From Mustelus asterias (taxonomy: Eukaryota), in the NCBI RefSeq assembly GCF_964213995.1, contig NC_135822.1:1240001-1304000 (forward strand): a DNA stretch of 64,000 nt. The letters are read 5' to 3'. Both the position numbers and the translations under genes were made by a program. The notes beneath the pieces are model-generated. The model ran no database searches and was not told the DNA's origin. It saw nothing but the letters and a program-made list of their open reading frames with translations. This document shows positions 25,501 through 35,704 of this stretch, piece by piece. Position 1 is the first letter of the stretch. Every line of letters begins with the position of its first letter.

Positions 25501-28500
25501 GAAAACATGATTGGCATAGGCTTGGAGGGCCGAAGGGCCTGTTCCTGTGTTGTACTGTTCTTTGCTCTATTGGTGGTCGAGGGAAAGGACAAGGGAAAAG
25601 GGCAGGTCTGTGTCATTAGGATATCGGTCCTGTGAAAGATAAACACCAAAGTAAACTAGTTGGACCATGCACCATATTTCCATGTTTTTTTTTTCTTGAG
25701 ACTAGCCCAAGTCATCATAATTTCAACCTAACATTAGAACTCCTGACATTTGCAAAGCCCATTCGTTGCAAAATTAGTTTGTGTTTATATTAAGTGCTGA
25801 AAACTTCTAACAAGAACAGAAATGTTTTACGAAAGTGAGCTTGTCTCGCCAAAAGAATAGCAGAGTAAACAGAATCCATAGAATCACAGAATCCCTACAG
25901 TGCAGAAGGAGGCCATTCAGCCCATCAAGTCTGCACCAACCATAATCTCACCCAGGCCCTATCCCCATGCATTTACACTCGCTCTTCCCCTTGACACTAA
26001 AGGCAATTTAGCATGGCCAATCCACCTAACTGCTCGTTTTTGGAGTGAGAGAGGAAACCGGAGCACCCGGAGGAAACCCACGCAGACACTGGGAGAACGT
26101 GCAAACCCCACACAGACAGTGACCCAAGCTGGAAATCGAACCCTGGCACTGTGAGGCGGCAGCGCTAACCACTGTGCTACCATGCTGCCAAACTGACAAA
26201 TGCAAATTCAGACCCAATTATTTCTTTGAATTTTTCATGGAGTAGAAGCAGAATAATTTTCTAAACTAAATCGCGAGGTGACAGTTTTACAACTTTGCAC
26301 AAAGTGCCCTTCATCAATGATTTTCAGAAGTAGAGATAAGAATTGTGCCTTCTATTCTTGGTTTGGCGACGAAAGTCTTTCTGCAGGTGCTTCACAATGA
26401 ATGTAACAATGATGCTATGCTTCAAACAGTGAGAACCAACCTTGCTTTTGTTTCTGGAACTTCCTGATGCCGTTCCCTTCATTTTACAGTGCTGCAAGGC
26501 ATCATTTGCAATATCTGAAATGAACTTTTGTGCAGCCAAAGATATTAAACGAATTCTGTATAAAAAACACAATACAGTCAAAAGCCCGATTTAACAGTAA
26601 CTCAGTAGTTTGCATTGATCCAGTTCTATTTCACAGGAAGTAGATGTTAATTCTTCAAAGATTATAGAAGGTTTTCTCATTGAAATTACAGTTTGTCTAG
26701 TTCCATGAAATTAGTATGTTTCCATATTGCAGACTTTAAAAAAAAATAACTTTGTGGTGGATCTACTGGGGGCATCTACAAATTCTAGCAATTACAATCT
26801 CCATCTGACAAATAAACATCTCTTATTCTGTCCAATTACAAAGTGGCTTACCGAGGTGGAAGACATTTCTTGAACACACACTGCTGCAAGTATATTTGCG
26901 ACAGCTGGGACCAACAGGAGATAGATACATATGCATTTATTTAAATGAATAGCAAAGTGAAACACACGCTACATCATAGATGCTTGTAAAATTGAACATT
27001 TCTCATGGCAGAAACTATGTAAATTGACATTATTACACAAACCAGAATGGATGGAAGGCAAAACATTAACATACATTCGAGGATCCGAAGCCTCAAAGCC
27101 TGCTCGATTCAGATAATATCCTGTCACAGCATCTGGTATCTAAAACGTACAGAAGATGAGAGATAAGAACTCAATGCTACATTTAAAATCATTGAAATAT
27201 GTATTCACATCATTAAGATATTTAACAAATACTTTCATCATCAGCTGTCCTCGCAGTACCTACCCTGACAAGCTCTCCAAAAACATTTTGTTTCAATGAG
27301 ATCATTTTGCATTCTTCTAAATATGCAAGATTCCATCTACTCCAACCAATGGGCTGAATGGCCTCTTTCTGTGTTGTGTATCCTATGTAATCCTAATTAA
27401 TGTAATTCCATCTATTTTTGATGAAGGATCACATCTGAAATAATATATTTCCCTCTCAAGTCTAGAACAACCTGCTGGGCATTTCCAAAATTGTGTGGGC
27501 TCATTGTTCATAAATTTGACTTTAAATTTCTAAATATTGCAGGTCCCATCTGCAGAAGCTAATTCTTAAACTATATATTGATCAGAATTCTGTTTTCATC
27601 TGGCCACCCACTCCCTCCAATCTAAAATCAACTCCATTTTGGGCCAATCTCCAAGTCTACAAAGCTCTGCTGAGAGTTGAAACAGGCCATTTAATCATTG
27701 GAAACCATGTCAGTTTAAATGTCATACTAATAACATTGTTCTTACACTGCAGCTAATTATAATTTAAAGCATTGTCTATTTGGTTAACTGATAAGCAAGC
27801 TGAAAATATGGAAAGTCAATCATAACTGTACACTTAAACATTGTTTCTAAGAATGAACTTGAATTATTAAAACAAGATAAATGAACTTACTGTCGGTGTA
27901 TAATCCTCTAATTGCATTAGGAAGTCTGCCAGTGGTGTTGTTGATATGACAGGTTTGACATCACCATTGGCAATCCCTTGAGGAACATAGACACCATTTG
28001 AAATGGAAGTTTCTGCTGCAGAGGCAGCAGCAGCTGGAACTGAAAGTACACAAGAAAAGATATTATGAACAAATTGGAACAGAATTATAATTGTTTATAT
28101 ATAGTTTTTACAATTCAGCAAGAATATATGTTTCTATTTTAATTTAACATTTTGATGTTATATATAAACATAGTCATAGTGTCATAGAGGTTTACAGCAT
28201 GGAAACAGGCCCTTCGGCCCAACTTGTCCATGCTGCCCTTTTTTTTTAAAGCAAGTCCCAATTGCCCACATTTGGCCCATATCCCTCTATACCCATCGTA
28301 CCCATGTAACTATCTAAATGCTTTTTAAAAGACAAAATTGTACCCGCCTCTACTAATACCTCTCGCAGCTTGTTCCAGACACTCACCATTCTGTGAGAAA
28401 AAATTGTCCCTCCGGACACTTTTGTATCTCTCCCCTCTCACCTTAAACCTATGCCCTCTAGTTTTAGAGTCCCCTACCTTTGGGAAAAGATATTGACTAT

Positions 28501-29401
28501 CTAGCTGATCTGCGCCTCTCATTATTTTATAGACCTCTATAATATCACCCCTCAGCCTCCTATGCTCCAGAGAAAAAAGTCCCAGTTTATCCAGCCTCTC
28601 CTTATAACTCAATCCATCAAATCCCAGTAGCATCCTAGTAAATCTTTTCTGCACTCTTTCTAGTTTAATAATATCCTTTCTATAATAGGATGATCAGAAT
28701 TGCACAGTATTCCAAGTGTGGCCTTACCAATGTCTTGTACAACTTCAACAAGACGTCCCAACTCCTGTATTCAACATCCTTATTCTTTCATTGGATCACA
28801 ATTGATAGAGACATACAGATTAAGGTAATTGTAAAATCTGTATTGCCTTTTACAAACTCTTTGGAGCAAATTCAGTAAAATCGAATAATGTGGATCTCTG
28901 TTTACCATCACACCAACATTCACACTGTCAGTGTTTCCCAAACTGACCAGTACTAAAAACACTGGGGCAGTGCCCGAGAGTGAGTAATTAGAAGCGAAAG
29001 AATCGGATATCCACAAACTAATACTTCAGTAGGTATGTTTGTACTGACACAAGACTAAGTGACATGATACAAGATAGTCCTGAATACACAAGTAATTTGT
29101 TTAATTGCATTTGATATTTACTGAGAAATCTCAACTATCATTTGTAAAACCAAAATGCTGAGAGTCTGAAACACAAACAGTAAATGCTGCACAGACTGGG
29201 CAGTTGTGGAGACAGAGTTAGTGTTCCCATCCTGAGTGACTTTCCACCAGTCTGTCCCGCTCCTGGGATTATCCACCGCTCTCCCCGCAGGGACTGTCCC
29301 CCGCCCCGGACCCCGCACCCACCGCTCCCCGGCGCCCCGCTCCCGGTCGCAGCCGCGGTGGCCCCGGCCGCCAGGCTCAGCTGCGGGTTCTCCGAGTTCA
29401 T
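22501..29401 (-). CDS. TAF10: TATA-box binding protein associated factor 10 (TFIID/SAGA subunit), 5 coding exons, 165 aa
   Basis: Exons 29401-29323, 28039-27891, 27139-27075, 26555-26441 and 22590-22501 are all GT-AG and phase-consistent (498 nt). They encode [64 protein letters not shown]...YTLTMEDL.PALTEYGINVKKPHYFT. Confidence 0.96.
23555..23808 (-). mobile_element. CR1 ORF1 fragment (SGNH esterase region)
   Basis: AIVAGDSIVR.TDR.FCG.ERDS motif typical of the CR1 ORF1 esterase. Confidence 0.7.
23809..25565 (+). mobile_element. CR1 LINE ORF2 RT region and 3' tail
   Basis: [71 protein letters not shown]. Frameshifted. Confidence 0.95.
24079..24107 (-). mobile_element. Penelope-like (family A) 29-bp micro-insertion inside a CR1
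   Basis: agtaagaagtcttacaacaccaggttaaa with a perfect 13-bp TSD CACTGGTGAGGTC (24066-24078, 24108-24120). Confidence 0.85.
25877..26189 (-). mobile_element. V-SINE (HE1-like), near full length
   Basis: tRNA-like head ggcagcatggtagcacagtggttagc...ggttcgatt, V core, CR1-type tail. Confidence 0.9.
26441..26555 (-). CDS. TAF10: TAF10 exon 4
   Basis: tacag|..[38 protein letters not shown]|gttggt. Confidence 0.96.
27075..27139 (-). CDS. TAF10: TAF10 exon 3
   Basis: tttag|[21 protein letters not shown]..|gtatgt. Confidence 0.96.
27891..28039 (-). CDS. TAF10: TAF10 exon 2
   Basis: tttcag|..[39 protein letters not shown]|gtaagt. Confidence 0.93.
28168..28775 (-). mobile_element. CR1 3' fragment (same subfamily as 39683-40134 and 54934-55897)
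   Basis: [28 protein letters not shown] and a CR1 tail. Confidence 0.92.
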
Positions 29402-29560
29402 GTTGAGGGCGGCAGTCTCTCGCTCCTTCAGGCCGCCATCTTCCGTCCCTCCGCAAACTACTTCCCCGGTCCGCGGATAAACCCTTCCGGCCCCGCCCGA
29501 GCCGCACAGCCCCGGAACATGGTTCCGCCTGAGAGTGGGAGCCAGTATGGTCAGAACCCA
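29270..29560 (-). promoter_or_regulatory. TAF10 CpG-island promoter with YY1/TISU and ETS motifs
   Basis: CpG-rich. GAAGATGGCGGC at 29443-29432, CCGGAA motifs and a GC box. Confidence 0.7.
29323..29401 (-). CDS. TAF10: TAF10 exon 1 (coding part)
   Basis: MNSENPQLSLAAGATAAATGSGAPGS-G|gtgggt within a CpG island. Phase 1 matches exon 2. Confidence 0.75.
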
Positions 29561-30050
29561 TCCCCTCCCCTAAACTCTCCCTCCCCATCCTCCAAATTCT
29601 CCCTCCCCAAACTCCCCCTCCCCATCAACCCACCCCCCAAACTCCCCCCATCAACCCAACCCCCCAAACTCCCCCTTACATCAACCCACCCCCCCCCCAA
29701 ACTCCCCCTCCCCATCAACCCACCCCCCAAACTCCTCCCCACATCAACCCACCCCCCCCAAACTCCCCCCCCACACCAACCCACCCCCCCAAACTCCCCC
29801 CCACACCAACCCAACCCCCCAAACTCCCCCCCACACCAACCCAACCCCCCAAACTCCCCCCACACCAACCCACCCCCCCAAACTCTCCCTCCCCATCAAC
29901 CCACCCCCCAAACTCCTCCCCACACCAACCCACCCCCCCAAACTCCCCCCCACACCGACCCACCCCCCCCCAAACTCCCCCTACATCAACCCACCCCCCC
30001 AAACTCCCCCCCACATCAACCCACCCCCCCCAAACTCCCCATCCCCCAAA
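29560..30050. repeat. C-rich ~30-bp minisatellite (G-quadruplex-prone on the minus strand)
   Basis: Tandem units of ccaaactccccccccacaccaacccaccccc. Confidence 0.9.
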
Positions 30051-30057
30051 GTCCAAT

Positions 30058-30182
30058 CTATGACTCTAACACTACATTCTGCACTCTCGTTTCCTTTTCT
30101 ATGAACGGTATGCTTTGTCTGTATAACGCGCAATAAATAATATTTTTCACTGTAAGTACGTGACAATAATAAATCAAATCAA
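30058..30182 (+). mobile_element. Rex1/Babar-type LINE 3' tail
   Basis: Similar to 19530-19600 and ends aataaatcaaatcaa. Confidence 0.55.
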
Positions 30183-30293
30183 TATATGGATTGTATTTGA
30201 AATTTGTACTATGTTCTGGGATACAAGGTGGGAGGTGTGGAGGCAGATTCTGAAGGTACAGGGTACGGGTGGGGATGGCGGAGTGATGGGAAG

Positions 30294-30355
30294 AACCTGG
30301 TGTTGTGAGAGTTCTTACTGTGTTTACCCCAGTCCAACGCCGGCATCTCCACATC
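30294..30355 (+). mobile_element. Penelope-like (family A) terminal fragment with tail
   Basis: aacctggtgttgtgag...ccagtccaacgccggcatctccacatc is the reverse complement of 33736-33797. Confidence 0.8.
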
Positions 30356-30713
30356 GTGATTCATTGGCAGGAAGAAATTCAGCAACAACAGAAAATAATA
30401 GAAACACATCAACTTCAAAAGGGAGTGCAGAAGCAGTGAGACCCAGAAGTTATATACGCACAAATCATTCATATTGGATGTCAAGTCCAGAGTCCAGTTA
30501 ATAAGGTGTACAGGTTATTGGGCTTTATAAATAGAGGTACAGGTTACAACAGTCAGGAAGTTATGGTGAAACTTTGTAAAACACTAGTTTGGCTTCAATT
30601 GGAGCATTTCATCCAATTCTGGCTACCACAATTCAGGAAGGATTTGAAAGTATTAGAGAGGGTGTAGGAAAGATTTATGAGCATGGTTCCAGGAATGAGG
30701 GGCTTAAATGATA

Positions 30714-31879
30714 GAATTTTTTGAGGAGGTAACTAAGTGTGTTGATGAAGGTAGGGCAGTTGATGTCATATACATCGGCTTATGATGAAAGTGAGGAGGT
30801 GTGGGATAGAGGGAAAGTTGGCCGATTGGATAGGTAACTGGCTGTCTGATCGAAGACAGAGGGTGGTGGTCGATGGAAAATTTTTGGATTGGAGGCAGGT
30901 TGCTAGCAGAGTGCCGCAGGGATCAGTGCTTGGTCCTCTGCTCTTTGGGATTTTTATTAATGACTTAGAGGAGGGGGCTGAAGGGTGGATCAGTAAATTT
31001 GCTGATGACACCAAGATTGGTGGAGTAGTGGATGAGGTGGAGGGCTGTTGTAGGCTGCAAAGAGACATAGATAGGATGCAAAGCTGGGCTGAAAAATGGC
31101 AAATGGAGTTTAACCCTGATAAATGTGAGGTGATTCATTTTGGTAGGACTAATTTAAATGTGGATTACAGGGTCAAAGGTAGGGTTCTGAAGACTGTGGA
31201 GGAACAGAGAGATCTTGGGGTTCATATCCACAGATCTCTAAAGGTTGCCACTCAAGTGGATAGAGCTGTGAAGAAGGCCTATAGCGTGTTAGCTTTTATT
31301 AACAGGGGGTTGGAGTTTAAGAGCTGTGGGGTTATGCTGCAACTGTACAGGACCTTGGTGAGACCACATTTGGAATATTGTGTGCAGTTCTGGTCACCTC
31401 ACTATAAGAAGGATGTGGAAGCGCTGGAAAGAGTGCAGAGGAGATTTACCAGGATGCTGCCTGGTTTGGAGGGTAGGTCTTATGAGGAAAGGTTGAGAGA
31501 GCTAGGGCTGTTCTCTCTGGAGTGGAGGAGGCTGAGGGGAGACTTAATAGAGGTTTATAAAATGATGAAGGGGATAGATAGAGTGAACGTTCAAAGACTA
31601 TTTCCTCGCGTGGATGGAGCTATTACAAGGGGGCATAACTATAGGGTTCGTGGTGGGAGATACAGTTCTTTACGCAGAGAGTGGTTGGTGTGTGGAATGG
31701 ACTGCCTGCAGTGATAGTGGAGTCAGACACTTTAGGAACATTTAAGCGGTTATTGGATAGGCACATGGAGCACACCAGGATGATAGGGAGTGGGATAGCT
31801 TGATCTTGGTTTCAGATAAAGCTCGGCACAACATCGTGGGCCGAAGGGCCTGTTCTGTGCTGTACTGTTCTATGTTCTA
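30714..31879 (+). mobile_element. CR1 LINE 3' portion
   Basis: 310-aa ORF with [16 protein letters not shown] and LVRPHLEYC; tail ttctatgttcta. Confidence 0.95.
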
Positions 31880-33249
31880 AACCTAACGGGAAAAGACAGT
31901 TTGGACCAGTGCTCTTATTTCCCAGTTTTTGCTGGTGTTCCATTTTAAGGTATACAAGACCAGTTTTCCCATTTTTACTATTTTTTTTCCTTCTGGAAAG
32001 ACTTTAACATGGATAGATTGAAAAAACTTAGACTCATTAGAGCAGATCACAAATAGATTTTATGAAGATGTTAAAAATCATGAGAGCTCTGGACAGGATG
32101 CATGGGGAAAATCTGTTCCCATTGGTATAATGGTCAAGAATCAGAGGCCACCGATGTAAGAATAGCAAAGGAACCAGGAGCAATGAAAATCTTCTTTACA
32201 CAAGTAATTAGGATCTGGAAGGCACTGCCTGAGAATCTTGTGGCCTCTTTTAAGGTAGACAGGTTTAATCATGGCTTTCAAATGGGAATTCATAATTATT
32301 TGTAGAAAAAAAATTGTAAGTCTACAGGGGAAAAGCAGCAAAGTAGGATTAGCTAAATTGGTCTTACAGAGATCTGGCATGGTCCATAAGAACTAGGAGC
32401 CATTCAGCCCCTTGAGCCTGCTCCGCCATTCAATACGATCATGGCTGATCTCATGTTGGTCTCATCTCCACCTTCCTGCCCACTCCCCACAAACCTTCAT
32501 CTTTCTACTAATTAAAAACCTATCGATCTCCTCCTTAAATGTGTTCCGGCGTCCACTGCACTCTGGGGTAGAGAATTCCACAGATTCACCACCCTTTTGA
32601 GTGAATAATTCCTCCTCATTTCTGTTTTAAATCTGCCATCCTTTATCCTAAAACTATGGACTCTTATTCTATATGCATGAAGGGCTAAATACCTTTCTCT
32701 CTGTTGTAACCACTCTATGATTCTAAGTGTGGCCACAAACAACATTTCCTGTCTCTGGAACTGTGACCGTGATACATTTTTCTACTCGATTTCTCTGCAG
32801 CGTTTGGCATGGTTAACATATTAATATATTGTTCTCCTCGAACACCTCTTCTCTGATGACCCTGATTTCTTTATTTATTCGATAATAGCCACATCCCGTA
32901 AATGAATAAATGTTAAAACAGGATATTGAAGGAAGCGGGAATGGAAATTGCAGGGGCCATAACCTTGCAGCCTTCTCTAGACTTAGAGTGGTGCCAGAGG
33001 ACTTACCCACTGGGCATCTGTGTACTGACGGAGAAAGAAAGAGATGGATTTGTCTCTCCTTTTGAAATTGCAGCTTGCCAACGCTGAAGACTGAAAGTAA
33101 GAAGGGCAGGAAAAGTGATTAGAATATTAAATCTCTTCGGCTCGATGCTGGATAAAACATTGTGTTCTGTTGGGCTAAGACAGTTGCTGCAATCTCACTC
33201 AAAATCTTCACTTGTCTGATTTCAGCTTCCTAATCTTCCTCCCTTAACC

Positions 33250-33387
33250 TGATGTGGAGATGCCAGCATTGCACTGGGGTGGGCACAGCAAGAAGTCTTA
33301 CAACACCAGGTTAAAGTTCTGGAACAGCCCCCACAAAAGCTTGTGACTCCAAATAAACCTGTTGGACTTTAACCTGGTGTTGTGAGA
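33250..33387. mobile_element. Penelope-like (family A) fold-back micro-insertion, older
   Basis: Inverted termini and a degenerate 13-bp TSD TCCCTTAACCTGA / TCCATTAAACTGA. Confidence 0.75.
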
Positions 33388-33828
33388 TCCATTAAACTGA
33401 GCATTGACAGCCATGCCATCAACTATATCTGCACTAGATTCTAGAGCTTCTTCCTTAAACTCCATGGCCAGTTTTTCTACCTTGAAGGCCCCTTCTTAAA
33501 ACCAACCTCAACCTCTTTGATCAAGCTTTTTGATAACTCTGCTAATAGGTTTAGCATCTAATCTTAAAATTCTGTTTGTGAAGCATTTGGAGGGCATTTC
33601 TCTACATTAATGATACAATATCATTGCAACTTGTTCTCTGGCTAAATGGTTATAATTACTTCCCTGATTATCCACTCATTGAAGGTTACATGTTGTAGAT
33701 ACATTCCAGATTGTTTTCCTGTGTCTCTCATCCCAGATGTGGAGATGCCGGCGTTGGACTGGGGTGAACACAGTAAGAGTTTTAAGAACACCAGGTTAAA
33801 GTCCAACAGGTTTATTTGGTAGCAAATA

Positions 33829-33865
33829 CCATTAGCTTTCGGAGCGCTGCTCCTTCGTCAGATGG
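33829..33865 (-). ncRNA. Minimal type I hammerhead ribozyme (PLE terminal repeat)
   Basis: Reverse complement of the motif at 35367-35403. Confidence 0.7.
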
Positions 33866-35366
33866 AGTGGAAATGTGCTCTCAAACAGGGCACAGTGACA
33901 CAAAATCAAGTTACAGCATACTGATTAGAATGCGAATCCCTACAGCCAACCAGATCTTAAAGATACAGACAATGTGGGTGGAGGGAGCATTAAGCACAGG
34001 TTAAAGAGATGTGTATTGTCTCCAGGCAGGATAGCCCGCAAGTCCAGGAGGCAAGCTGTGGGGGTTACTGATAATGTGACATAAATCCAACATCCCGGTT
34101 TAGGCCGTCCTCACGTGTGCGGAACTTGGCTATCAGTTTCTGCTCAGCAACTCTGCGCTGTCGTGTGTCGTGAAGGCCGCCTTGGAGAACACTTACCTGA
34201 AGATCAGAGGCTGAATGCCCGTGACTGCTGAAGTGCTCCCCCACAGGAAGAGAACAGTCTTGCCTGGTGATTGTCGAGCGGTGTTCATTCATCCGTTGTC
34301 GTAGCGTCTGCATGGTTTCCCCAATGTACCATGCCTCGGGACATCCTTTCCTGCAGCGTATCAGGTAGACAACGTTGGCCGAGTTGCAAGAGTAGTACCG
34401 TGTACCTGGTAGATGGTGTTCTCACATGGGATGATGGCATCCGTGTTGATGAATCCGTGTCAGTTCCGACGCGCCACAGCGAAAAACCGCACTGACCTCC
34501 TCAGAAGACAAACACGGGACACGGTGGACAGAGTACCCTTCGTCGTCCAGTACTTCCCCGGAGTGGAGAAGCTACGGCATCTCCTTCGGAGCCTTCAAGA
34601 TGTCATTGATGAAGACGAACATCTTGCCAAGGCCATCCCCACACCTCCACTTCTTGCCTTCAAACAACCGCGCAACCTCAAACAGACCATTGTCCGCAGC
34701 AAACTACCCAGCCTTCAGGAGAACAGTGACCACGACACCATACAACCCTGCCATAGCAACCTCTGCAAGACGTGCGAATCATCGACACGGATGCCATCAT
34801 CTCACGTGAGAACACCATCTACCAGGTACACGGTACCTACTCTTGCAACTCGGCCAACGTTGTCTACCCGATTCGCTGCAGGAAAGGATGTCCCGAGGCA
34901 TGGTACATTGGGGAAACCATGCAGACGCTTCGACAACGGATGAATGAACACCGCTCGACAATCACCAGGCAAGACTGTTCTCTTCCTGTGGGGGAGCACT
35001 TCAGCAGTCACGGGCATTCGGCCTCTGACCTTCGGGTAAGCCTTCTCCAAGGCGGCCTTCATGACACACGACAGCGCAGAGTTGCTGAGCAGAAACTGAT
35101 AGCCAAGTTCCGCACACGTGAGGACGGCCTAAACCGAGATGTTGGATTTATGTCACATTATCAGTAACCCCCACAGCTTGCCTCCTGGACTTGCGGGCTA
35201 TCCTGTCTGGAGACAATACACATCTCTTTAACCTGTGCTTAATGCTCCCTCCACCCACATTGTCTGTATCTTTAAGACCTGGTTGGCTGTCGGGATTCGC
35301 ATTCTAATCAGTATTCTGTAACTTGATTTTGTGTCTCTGTGCCCTGTTTGTGAGCAGATTTCCACT

Positions 35367-35403
35367 CCATCTGACGAAGGAGCAGCGCTCCGAAAGCTAA
35401 TGG
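35367..35403 (+). ncRNA. Minimal type I hammerhead ribozyme (PLE terminal repeat)
   Basis: CCAT-CTGACGA-a-GGAGC agc GCTCC-GAAA-GC-TA-ATGG: core CUGANGA/GAAA, stem II, palindromic AGCU stem III, stem I CCAU/AUGG. Confidence 0.72.
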
Positions 35404-35489
35404 TATTTGCTACCAAATAAACCTGTTGGACTTTAACCTGGTGTTGTTAAAACTCTTCCTCTCTCAGCCCATCCATGCCTTAGTCCAGG

Positions 35490-35638
35490 GTTCCGTCTGT
35501 CAATCAATAACGGAGGCGGGGTTTCCCCATGCCAATCACAGACTGGGGGCGGGGCTCCGGTTGTCAATCACCCCAAGGGGCGGGGTATTCGGCGACCGGC
35601 ATCGGCGTGTTTCGCTGTCCCTCAGTCGAGGCCACGAG
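35490..35638 (+). promoter_or_regulatory. PPIH CpG-island promoter
   Basis: CCAAT box (~35532), several GGGGCGGGG Sp1 boxes, CpG-rich. Confidence 0.7.
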
Positions 35639-35704
35639 ATGGCGGGGCTCCCGTCCAACTCCAACAACCCCATCGTTTTCTTCGACATCACCATTGGCGG
35701 CCAG
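35639..35704 (+). CDS. PPIH: PPIH exon 1
   Basis: [22 protein letters not shown]|gtaag. Confidence 0.95.

Larger units (their letters stand above)
33736..35459. mobile_element. Penelope-like retroelement: two inverted 5'-truncated copies encoding the GIY-YIG endonuclease
   Basis: NVVY.IRCRKGCPEAWYIGETMQTLRQRMNEHR...HF..HGH...EQKLIAKF...GLNRD on both strands. Arms 33778-34456 and 34775-35457. Near-TSD TCTCTCA(T/G)CCCA (33724-33735, 35460-35471). Confidence 0.93.

Noticed and set aside
29519-30136. 205-aa proline-rich ORF and the Gly/Trp-rich ORFs on the opposite strand
   Set aside because: These are translations of the C-rich minisatellite, with no splice or domain support.
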